Both the position numbers and the translations under genes were made by a program. Below the pieces are notes generated by a model. It did not search any database and was not told the DNA's origin. It was given only the letters and a program-made list of their open reading frames with translations. From an uncultured Undibacterium sp. (GTDB lineage: Bacteria > Pseudomonadota > Gammaproteobacteria > Burkholderiales > Burkholderiaceae_D): a stretch of 64,000 bases of DNA. Positions 50,984-60,081 of this stretch are shown piece by piece; the first letter of the stretch is position 1, and every line of letters starts with the position of its first letter. The stretch is taken from positions 4,511 through 68,510 of the forward strand of contig CAUPKC010000021.1 of the NCBI GenBank assembly GCA_963511665.1, given 5' to 3'.

Positions 50984-52219
50984 ATGCGACGCGCACCGAA
51001 AAAGAAAATTCAGAAATTAGCTGGCGACGCCTTGCGCATCGCCAATCTCTCACATGCGATATCGCAAGCCGGTAGCCGCCTGGAAGACAATGACTGGCAA
51101 GCTTTGCTAGATACGCTGGTGGCAAAGAATCTGGAACTAAAACATCAGTCTGTACTTGACTCAGCAGCAGAGCATGTCTTTACCAATCAGCCTGAAGCCT
51201 ATGAAGTCCTAATCGAGGCAATTGAGTCAATCGCCACCTCCGGTAACATTAAGGTGGGCGACACCAACTATGACCTACTCTTGGTAGCAGCGCCGATTTT
51301 GGCGTGGAGTCGCTTTGAGATAGCGTCAGGTTCAGTCCCCCCAAACATTTTAAAATCACTAACAACCAGTTGGCGCGAGTCTTTACTTTGTAAAGGCGTA
51401 CAAATAAGTATTTTGCCCAACTTATTTTCTATCGATCAGCTACCGCAGGATCACTGCGCCATCAATGATTTGATGCACTATACCGCCGACCATTTCTTGC
51501 GGGATAAGGCGATAGTGCCAGCAAAAGATTTACCTAAAACCGTCCCCTTCCTTGCGGACAGCCGCTACTTATTAGGCGTCATTATCGCGCCGGAAAACTC
51601 ACCTGTATTCCAATGGCAAATGACGCCCTCACCCTTCGACATCGCCAAAGCGAAAGAAGCCGCTGTCTTACTTTGGAAGCAGAGAGCGCATGCTGATGTC
51701 GCCCACTTGTTACCGGGCTGCGGATTTGAATTTTTATTGCCTGAGTCCTACTACTCAGCATGTCGGGAAGCGGATATCTTGGTGCGGCCAATTTCAATAC
51801 GCTCTGCCGTTTTTTATCTATCGCAAACCTTAAATGTAGAAGCCTCAGATCTCGGTGCGATCATCGCCCGCTTTGGACCGGAAACTCACCCAGGGCAAGT
51901 GGATGAATTGCGGGTAGGATTCACCTTGAAAGGCGAGCCAGAAATCATCTATGGCGTGATCTGGCCACTGTATCAACAGGAAGATGAAGTTAACGCATTG
52001 ATCGGCCCATCCATCTCCACGATGGACGAACGTGAGGGAGAGATTCCAACCTTGCTCAAAGAAAGTGGCCTGACGAATATACAAATGCTGGAAGATATTT
52101 TTGGCTTAGAGTTTTGTGATGACTGCCAAGCGCCGTTATACGCTGATGCTGAGGGTGAACTGGTGCATCCAGAGATGCCAGAAGACGCACCACCTGAAGG
52201 CTCGGTGCATTTTCACTAA
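50984..52219 (+). CDS. Hypothetical protein (about 411 aa), family not recognised
   Basis: Long ORF with protein-like composition. The track start at 50966 is TTG, and the first ATG is at 50984. The C-terminus carries CDDC followed by an acidic tail. Confidence 0.6.
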   Translation: MRRAPKKKIQKLAGDALRIANLSHAISQAGSRLEDNDWQALLDTLVAKNLELKHQSVLDSAAEHVFTNQPEAYEVLIEAIESIATSGNIKVGDTNYDLLLVAAPILAWSRFEIASGSVPPNILKSLTTSWRESLLCKGVQISILPNLFSIDQLPQDHCAINDLMHYTADHFLRDKAIVPAKDLPKTVPFLADSRYLLGVIIAPENSPVFQWQMTPSPFDIAKAKEAAVLLWKQRAHADVAHLLPGCGFEFLLPESYYSACREADILVRPISIRSAVFYLSQTLNVEASDLGAIIARFGPETHPGQVDELRVGFTLKGEPEIIYGVIWPLYQQEDEVNALIGPSISTMDEREGEIPTLLKESGLTNIQMLEDIFGLEFCDDCQAPLYADAEGELVHPEMPEDAPPEGSVHFH

Positions 52220-52242
52220 ATGCTTATGGAAACAAAACTCAC

Positions 52243-52280
52243 ATAAAAAAAACAGCCAGACTACACATCTGGCTGTTTTC
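52243..52280. terminator. Bidirectional intrinsic terminator
   Basis: aacagccaga (52251-52260) / tctggctgtt (52268-52277), flanked by A8 and T4. Confidence 0.8.
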
Positions 52281-52310
52281 ATTCATGGAACTTGGTTCGA
52301 AACTAAAGCG

Positions 52311-52775
52311 TTACCAAAGTTTAAACGGATGTTTAAATAAATTAGCATTTGCATAGCGATGATCGTAACTGACTTCTTCGCCACACCAAATAGGTTTGAC
52401 GAATACTTGATCGACGCTACTCAACTCAACTTCGGCTACCACTAAGCCCGCGTTGTCGCCAAAAAATTCATCGACTTCCCACACCAAATCATCAACCGCA
52501 ATGCGATAGCGATTCTTTTCAATCAAAGGCTGTTCACACAAACCATCTAGTAGTTCCTGCGCATCGCTTAATGGAATAGGATATTCCCATTCCCCTCTTG
52601 CGATACCTTCTGTTTTACCTTTGATCGTCAACATGGCAGCTTGATCTTCAATGCGTACACGTACTACACGATTTGCTTGAGAACTTAAATAGCCCTGACA
52701 CATAAAGACAGGTTTCACCAAGGTTTTCCAGTCATCCGAGACGACCAGAAATTTGCGTTCGATTTCTATACCCAC
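52311..52775 (-). CDS. CYTH-domain protein (triphosphate tunnel metalloenzyme)
   Basis: The N-terminal IEIERKFLV (ExExK signature) is present in a 154-aa protein. The GTG start lies 1 nt after the upstream M14 stop. Confidence 0.8.
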   Translation of the reverse strand: MGIEIERKFLVVSDDWKTLVKPVFMCQGYLSSQANRVVRVRIEDQAAMLTIKGKTEGIARGEWEYPIPLSDAQELLDGLCEQPLIEKNRYRIAVDDLVWEVDEFFGDNAGLVVAEVELSSVDQVFVKPIWCGEEVSYDHRYANANLFKHPFKLW

Positions 52776-52776
52776 C

Positions 52777-53913
52777 TTAGTTCTTCATGACATTTTTTAA
52801 AGCTGTCAAAATAGGTTGCAACATCGCTTCACCTAATTTCATACTACGAGAACCGTCCCAACCCACTTCCAGATCTGGCATGTCGGCATTATCTTTAAAT
52901 GGCAACTCCAAAGTCAGGGAAACGCACTTGTAAGTATGACCGATGTATTTAGACGCTAACTTCAACAAGTCTTCATTGTACTTACTGGCTTCATAGCCAA
53001 ACTTAGTCTGAAAATCGGGACTGGCCGCGCAAAAACTATTCACGAATGCCGTTTGCTCCTGCATTTGTTGGTCGCTAAAACCCTCTAACATTTCGCTACC
53101 TGCTACGAAGACATAAGGCAAACCTTCATCGCCATGAATATCGAGAAACAAGTCGCAACCAACTTCTTCGATTTTCTTCTTCACGTAATACACTTCAGGG
53201 CTGGTTTCCACCGAAGGCGTCATCCATTCACGATTCAAATTTGCACCAGCAGCATTAGTACGTAAATTACCGCGCACTGAACCATCAGGATTCATGTTCG
53301 GCACCACGTACAAAACGGCGTCATCCAAAATAGCACGAGCGATAGGATTAGATGGGTCGAGCAAAGCATTTAAGGTACCCTCGACCAACCACTCCGCCAT
53401 TGTTTCACCCGGATGTTGACGGGCAATGATCCATACTTTTTTCTTTGCTGACGGGTTACCAACGACAACCAAATTTAGGTCACGACCGTCGACCGTATTG
53501 CCTAAGTCTTCAACTCGCACTTGATCCGACTGCTCCACGCTGCCCAACAAGGCCAAATGACGCTCCCAACTATATGGCTCAAAGTAAGCGTAATACACAC
53601 TGTCAGTATCAGGAGTGTGTTTAATGCTCATCACTTTGCCATCAAATTCGGTCTCGACGCGGAACCAATTTTCGCGATCATAACTTGCTACCGCACGATA
53701 ATTTACCCAGCCATCTGGATAAGTCGCTTCACCCGCATTCACGATATGAATGGTCGCGTCTTGATCACGCGCGCCTTGCAAACGGAAATAAAACCATTGT
53801 GAAAAATCGGCATTCGAGTCAGAACGCAATTTCAACTGAATATTTTCCACATCTACTGTGCTCACCACTTCAATGGCACCAGCATCAAAATTTTGACTGA
53901 TCTTTATCGACAT
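52777..53913 (-). CDS. M14-family zinc carboxypeptidase (cytosolic-carboxypeptidase-like, with N-terminal beta-domain)
   Basis: ARQHPGETMAEW (HxxE zinc motif) and the later LDIHGDE are present. ATG at 53913 (MSIKISQNFDAGAIEV) is preferred over the track start at 53970. Confidence 0.8.
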   Translation of the reverse strand: MSIKISQNFDAGAIEVVSTVDVENIQLKLRSDSNADFSQWFYFRLQGARDQDATIHIVNAGEATYPDGWVNYRAVASYDRENWFRVETEFDGKVMSIKHTPDTDSVYYAYFEPYSWERHLALLGSVEQSDQVRVEDLGNTVDGRDLNLVVVGNPSAKKKVWIIARQHPGETMAEWLVEGTLNALLDPSNPIARAILDDAVLYVVPNMNPDGSVRGNLRTNAAGANLNREWMTPSVETSPEVYYVKKKIEEVGCDLFLDIHGDEGLPYVFVAGSEMLEGFSDQQMQEQTAFVNSFCAASPDFQTKFGYEASKYNEDLLKLASKYIGHTYKCVSLTLELPFKDNADMPDLEVGWDGSRSMKLGEAMLQPILTALKNVMKN

Positions 53914-54113
53914 AGAAATCTCTTTAAGTAATTGTGGATAAGTTAGTATAGATAAGCTCGCTCGTAGCAAGCATCAAATCATTCGCGCGAGGATTAGCTG
54001 CGCTAAGCCTCTATTGTGACTGCTTTTAAACGAGTCTGACAATCACTAAAACAAAATTGAATACGGATATTTAGCGACAAGGTTTAGCGCTAGTAGCTAG
54101 TCGCATTTTTTGA

Positions 54114-54142
54114 TGGATAAAAAACAGCAAATACCCTATAAT
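54114..54142 (+). promoter_or_regulatory. Candidate tRNA-Pro promoter
   Basis: TGGATA, 17 nt, then TATAAT (54137-54142), followed by the GC-rich discriminator cccccgc, 14 nt before the tRNA 5' end. Confidence 0.45.
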
Positions 54143-54156
54143 CCCCCGCTCAGAGT

Positions 54157-54233
54157 CGGGGCGTAGCGCAGCCTGGTAGCGTACGTGCATGGGGTGCACG
54201 GGGTCGCAAGTTCGAATCTTGCCGTCCCGACCA
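54157..54233 (+). tRNA. tRNA-Pro (anticodon GGG)
   Basis: Hand-folded cloverleaf: acceptor CGGGGCG/CGTCCCG, anticodon stem CGTGC/GCACG with loop ATGGGGT, T-arm GCAAG-TTCGAAT-CTTGC, and an encoded CCA. Confidence 0.9.
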
Positions 54234-54242
54234 GTAACGATA

Positions 54243-54276
54243 TGGCTTAGCAAATATGCTAAGCCATTTTTGTTTT
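54243..54276 (+). terminator. Intrinsic terminator after tRNA-Pro
   Basis: tggcttagca (54243-54252) / tgctaagcca (54257-54266) followed by TTTTTGTTTT. Confidence 0.85.
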
Positions 54277-54303
54277 CTGGAACTCGAATAAGGCGCTAAT
54301 TTG

Positions 54304-54888
54304 CTATAAGGACCGGGCAAAATTATTGATTGCAGCGACGTCCGCTGCCATAGAAATGAACGGTATTTCTTCGCGTATCATTAGCTCTTTCAAAGCGACG
54401 TCAATCTGGCGCGCCTCCTCTTCATTTTGCAGTCGCCCGGTCTGTACATATTTTTTATCACTGCGTTCTACCAATAAATTTATATTATCGTGACGATGAT
54501 ACCAATCTAAAATTTGGGATTTTGTTTTGTCGACATCGCAGATATTTTCTCTATAGGCTTCGTTGTAATACAGTATCTGCATCAAAGCACATTCTGTTAC
54601 CAAGTACTGCACCTGACCATCCAGTAAGTCGAGCATTTCAAATTGTCTCTGCGCTATTTGATACTGATTCCTTAGTGCATTGAAATTTTTTTGCCAAACC
54701 AGGGACTTAGCATAATCAGGAATTTGCTCAACCGATTTATGTCGCAAATTTAAGTTAAGAATAATCGCAGACGAAAATAAGGACTTATCGCATCCGGGAC
54801 CACCAATAATATTAATGATCTTGGTTGGATAAAGACGCATTTTATTTTCGTGACTATGGTGGGAGCTACCTGTAAATTGAACTGTCAT
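54304..54888 (-). CDS. Hypothetical nucleotide-kinase-like P-loop protein with a degenerate Walker A
   Basis: 194 aa. GAGG lies 5 nt before the ATG. The motif [10 protein letters not shown] has Asp where the GK[ST] glycine is expected. The later ...[26 protein letters not shown] layout resembles small kinases. No family assigned. Confidence 0.55.
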   Translation of the reverse strand: MTVQFTGSSHHSHENKMRLYPTKIINIIGGPGCDKSLFSSAIILNLNLRHKSVEQIPDYAKSLVWQKNFNALRNQYQIAQRQFEMLDLLDGQVQYLVTECALMQILYYNEAYRENICDVDKTKSQILDWYHRHDNINLLVERSDKKYVQTGRLQNEEEARQIDVALKELMIREEIPFISMAADVAAINNFARSL

Positions 54889-55129
54889 GATGACCTCAAT
54901 TGAACTTAAAATTTCATTAAGGAGTCCATGTTAGCACGAGCATTTGTCCGACGACAGATGCTCAATTGGAATAGTTAATTTTAACTAGCAGTGTGGAATT
55001 TTTGCATCACCTTGTTGCAACATAAGCTATAGCGCAAAAAAGAGGAATTCTATTTTCAAGATGGGATCAATTTTGAATTGGCTAAAACTACGACGATTTA
55101 CCTTGCTTCTAACCTCAGCCGAAACAGGA

Positions 55130-55169
55130 CAAAAAAAATAGGATTAAATCACAAGTGACTTAATCCTAT
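55130..55169 (-). terminator. Intrinsic terminator after the CI-like HTH gene
   Basis: ataggattaa (55138-55147) / ttaatcctat (55160-55169). The minus strand then reads a run of seven T. Confidence 0.85.
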
Positions 55170-55190
55170 GGGCAATCATATCGAATCGAA

Positions 55191-55493
55191 TTAATCGACG
55201 CGAATAACTTGATCGCCAATGCGGAACTTTTCCCGACGGTCACCCATCAATGCACGCAAATCTTTAATACTTAAATCACTAATTTCGTGCATACGAATCA
55301 ACAAAGACGCACCAACCGGTAAATGGTGGTGACGAATTTTACTGATTACTGGTGGTGCAACTTCCAACGCACGAGACAATGATGCATCGTTTTTCAAGTG
55401 CAATTGTTTAATCAAAGTATCCAATAAATTATTTGGATTGTAATCAAAGTCTTCTGACTTTAGGTCTAATAAATTTGCCATTCTTATACTCAC
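55191..55493 (-). CDS. Small phage-CI-repressor-like HTH protein
   Basis: About 96-100 aa. LKNDASLSRALEVAPPVISKIRHHHLPVGASLLIRMHE resembles the CI-repressor HTH family. The track start is GTG 55493, and ATG 55481 is an alternative. Confidence 0.6.
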   Translation of the reverse strand: MSIRMANLLDLKSEDFDYNPNNLLDTLIKQLHLKNDASLSRALEVAPPVISKIRHHHLPVGASLLIRMHEISDLSIKDLRALMGDRREKFRIGDQVIRVD

Positions 55494-55777
55494 TCTTCAC
55501 AAAATACAGCCAAATACATCTCTACGAACCATTACCGGAATAGTATGGCCGCTATTTTTAATTTCAACCCAACCCTTACAAAATGATAAGAACCGGGTCA
55601 AGGCATCTCAGAACAGAAATTGTGTCAAACAGCAAGCTCATCAATTTCGTATAAAGATGTCTACCCTACGCACACCTTTAACTATCACATGATGATCAAT
55701 AGAACACAAAAATACGTCTTCGCATGACTTTTTTTCACGTTTTTTGATCTACGCCAAATAATCGCGTCACAAAGTGT

Positions 55778-55868
55778 TGGCGGAAAGACAGGGATTTGAA
55801 CCCTGGATACGTCATAAACGTATGCCGGATTTCGAGTCCGGTGCATTCGACCACTCTGCCATCTTTCC
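55778..55868 (-). tRNA. tRNA-Ser (anticodon CGA)
   Basis: Hand-folded: acceptor GGAAAGA/TCTTTCC, anticodon stem CCGGA/TCCGG with loop CTCGAAA, long variable arm ATACGT-TTATG-ACGTAT, T-arm CAGGG-TTCAAAT-CCCTG, and an encoded CCA. 91 nt. Confidence 0.9.
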
Positions 55869-56223
55869 CTAATACCAAGTGCAGCCAAGCGACGGATTGT
55901 AGCAAAGTTCAAAACGGTTTGGTAGCCTGATTTTTTAGCAATCAGTCAAGTTCAAAGTCCTAGTTTGCTTACGGTTTCGAATTTATTTCTTAAATAGATA
56001 GGGCAGCAAACTTTATTTCCCTAAGAAAACAATATTTCATGTAAAAAATTAGAACAAAATTTCACTCACTGAAGAAACTCTCGCAAATTGTTAAATAGTG
56101 TGAAAAATCGTACAAATACGAAAATTACCGGCGAGAAAGAATATTTAGACAATATATTAGTAAATAATTTTCCAAATTGACATCGACATGTCACATTCCC
56201 TCGCTACCCTCTCTCCATAAACG

Positions 56224-58134
56224 ATGTCATCACCAACGTTGCAAAACGTCTACAGTAAAAAGCGGGATAGGGAAATGGAAATCGAACTCATTCAAGCTAG
56301 GGAGTCCTTCGTGCCTCATTCCGAAGATCCCCAATTCCCCATGCACAATGGGCAAAAAAAGCCAGATAGTCTGGAACAACTAAATCGTATTATTCAGGGA
56401 CGTCTGTTAAATGCCCGGTTTCAGCCGATTATTCAAATGACCGATGGCAGCATCTTGGGTTACGAGGGCTTAATACGTGGGCCGTCAGATAGTCCACTAC
56501 ATTCACCGATTAATCTATTTCAAGCCGCCTCTGAAAACAATTTAACAGTCACTATCGAGCATTTATGCCGACGCGTGGTATTGGAACAGTTCAAAGCACT
56601 CAATTTACCTGGAAAGTTATTCTTAAATGTCAGCCCTGAATGTCTTTTGCAACGCGATGCAAAGCACGGCGAAACTTTGGACTATATTCATGAGCTAGGG
56701 ATTAATCCAGAACGGGTCATTATTGAGTTAACCGAGCATCAGCCAACTCATGACTATGTCTTGCTGCAAGAAGCTGTATTGCATTATAGAAAAATGGGAT
56801 TTGAAATTGCGATTGATGACCTAGGCGAAGGCTTCTCAAGTCTGCGGCTTTGGTCGGAATTGAAACCTGAATTCGTCAAAATCGACATGCACTTTATTCA
56901 TGGTATCGACCATGACGAAGTCAAACGACAATTTGTACTATCAATCCAAAATATCGCCGAAAAATCCGGAACACGTGTCGTCGCAGAAGGAATCGAAACC
57001 CAGGCTGAGCTCATCACGCTGCGCGATCTCGGTGTCGCCTGCGGTCAGGGTTACCACGTGGCTAAGCCCCATGCAAATCCCGCAAAGACAATCTCCGCCG
57101 AAGTTACCAAGATTCTATCATCCAGGCAAAGTCCTTCGGCCATCTTCAGAGCAAGATCATCAACGTCCCTAGTTCCGATCAAGCACTTACTAAAATCGTC
57201 TATAACCATCGATTCAAAAGTCTTGAATAACCAAGTCGAAAATCTGTTTTTGGCAGATCCTAAGCTCAAAATCATTCCAGTCGTAGATGAGCATCAACCC
57301 ATAGGTATCATCAATCGCCATAACATGATTGACCGTTTTTCCCGTCCTTATCAACGTGAACTCTATGGCAGGAAGTCCTGCGCCGTTTTTATGGATATAA
57401 ATCCACTTGTGGTCGAGCATGATACGAGCTTGCAGCAGGTCAGTCATTTAGTAGTCGAAGCTGATCCGGACACCCTGATCAACGGTATTATCATTACCGA
57501 AAATGGTCGCTACTTAGGATTAGCGACGGGTCCCGATCTCATGCGTGAGATTACAAAAATGCAAATCGATGCAGCACGTTATGCCAATCCTCTTACACAA
57601 CTTCCCGGCAATGTACCGATAAATCAGCACATCGATCAACTGATACAGAACCAAAAGTCATTTTTAGCATGCTATTGCGATCTCGATCACTTTAAACCTT
57701 TTAATGATGTGTATGGCTACCAACGTGGCGATGAAGTAATACAAATGACGAGTAAAGTGCTCAGTACCTATTGTGACCCACAACTAGATTTTATCGGCCA
57801 CATTGGTGGTGATGATTTTATTATTTTATTTCAAAGCGATGATTGGGAAAATCGTTGCAACAAAATATTGCAAGACTTTGCCGTCGCGGTGCGCGAGTTT
57901 TATAGCAACGAAGATAGGGATCGTGGTGGCTATATCAGTGAAGACAGACAAGGAAAAAAAGTCTTCTACCCCTTAATTAGCCTGTCCTTGGGCGTGATTC
58001 GTTCTGAGGCGCAGCAACATTACTCACATCATCAGATTTCAGTCGCTGCAGCGGATGCAAAAAAACAGGCGAAACGGATACACGGCAATAGCTTGTTCAT
58101 TGACCGACGTCAAGCGGAGCAAAGTCAGACATAA
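56224..58134 (+). CDS. EAL phosphodiesterase - CBS pair - GGDEF-like (GGDDF) signalling protein
   Basis: EAL-domain motifs YEGLIR, ELTEH, DDLGEGFSSL, EGIET and QGY. A central CBS pair follows. The C-terminal part has DLDHFKPFNDVYGYQRGDEV...GHIGGDDFIILF. The start is uncertain (ATG at 56224 or 56275). Confidence 0.8.
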   Translation: MSSPTLQNVYSKKRDREMEIELIQARESFVPHSEDPQFPMHNGQKKPDSLEQLNRIIQGRLLNARFQPIIQMTDGSILGYEGLIRGPSDSPLHSPINLFQAASENNLTVTIEHLCRRVVLEQFKALNLPGKLFLNVSPECLLQRDAKHGETLDYIHELGINPERVIIELTEHQPTHDYVLLQEAVLHYRKMGFEIAIDDLGEGFSSLRLWSELKPEFVKIDMHFIHGIDHDEVKRQFVLSIQNIAEKSGTRVVAEGIETQAELITLRDLGVACGQGYHVAKPHANPAKTISAEVTKILSSRQSPSAIFRARSSTSLVPIKHLLKSSITIDSKVLNNQVENLFLADPKLKIIPVVDEHQPIGIINRHNMIDRFSRPYQRELYGRKSCAVFMDINPLVVEHDTSLQQVSHLVVEADPDTLINGIIITENGRYLGLATGPDLMREITKMQIDAARYANPLTQLPGNVPINQHIDQLIQNQKSFLACYCDLDHFKPFNDVYGYQRGDEVIQMTSKVLSTYCDPQLDFIGHIGGDDFIILFQSDDWENRCNKILQDFAVAVREFYSNEDRDRGGYISEDRQGKKVFYPLISLSLGVIRSEAQQHYSHHQISVAAADAKKQAKRIHGNSLFIDRRQAEQSQT

Positions 58135-58161
58135 AAAAACGGCACCCTGAGGGGTGCCGTT
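58132..58161 (-). terminator. Intrinsic terminator after serS (hairpin shared with the convergent EAL gene)
   Basis: cggcaccc (58140-58147) / ggggtgccg (58151-58159). The minus strand then reads TTTTTTTAT. Confidence 0.8.
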
Positions 58162-58205
58162 ACAGAATTTTGCTAGTAAGTTAAGCTGCCATCGCCTGAT
58201 TAAAA

Positions 58206-59549
<1,344 letters not shown>

Positions 59550-59826
59550 TCAATCTTCGACACAACATCACAGGTAAACGAAAAAACGTATTGTAACAAG
59601 GGACATGCATTTCCTCTATGCTTTAGTTAAAAAAGCACAGCAAACCAATAAAAAACGAGATCGTCGAGATCGGCAATCAGGCACAAATCATAGCCTTTTC
59701 CTATTTTCTTTCGATGCTTTTTTGTGCACTTATCCTTTTCTTAAGACTAGAAACTATTTTCGATAACGCAAATGATCCACGATACAAAACTTCACAAACA
59801 AATTATCGGAATAAGTACGGTAATGC

Positions 59827-59855
59827 TTGTCAAGAACAGGTAAGCCGTGGATAAT
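59827..59855 (+). promoter_or_regulatory. Near-consensus sigma70 promoter upstream of rpoD
   Basis: TTGTCA (59827-59832), exactly 17 nt, then GATAAT (59850-59855). Confidence 0.5.
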
Positions 59856-59861
59856 CCCGAC

Positions 59862-59926
59862 CTCGCATAAAAATACGCAAAAATTCAATTAAATCATCGT
59901 GCCCGCTTCGCGGGTTTTTTATTTAA
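59862..59926 (+). ncRNA. Candidate transcript of about 60 nt (sRNA or rpoD leader/attenuator)
   Basis: The predicted start lies about 7 nt after the -10. The transcript ends at the GC hairpin cccgc-ttc-gcggg (59902-59914) followed by TTTTTTATTT. The T-run is on the plus strand only. It contains no ORF. Confidence 0.3.
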
Positions 59927-60081
59927 TTGAGCTGTTGAAGTTAGTCGCATTAAGGAATTTCTGAGTTTTGATGCTAATTCTGAGCTGTTCCTAACGCTGG
60001 CATTTGCTTTGCTCCATATTTTGCTTTTGTTGTTGCCATCCAAATTTGATTGGCATTTTGTTGTCGCACTTGATTTGTTAC

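Noticed and set aside
54071-54253. 60-aa minus-strand ORF overlapping tRNA-Pro, and the 75-aa ORF 55685-55912 overlapping tRNA-Ser.
   Set aside because: Both are explained by the tRNA genes. Their translations are Arg/Cys/Pro-rich artefacts of tRNA sequence.
54919-54978. AAGGAG followed by a 16-codon plus-strand ORF (MLARAFVRRQMLNWNS) in the islet intergenic region.
   Set aside because: The Shine-Dalgarno to ATG spacing is only 3 nt. The ORF is very short and I could see no supporting promoter or terminator.
60004-60081. The 26-codon upstream extension of the rpoD ORF ([26 protein letters not shown]).
   Set aside because: It is Cys/Phe/Leu-rich and not protein-like, starts at a non-ATG codon, and overlaps the sigma54-like element. 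The first ATG is at 60082.
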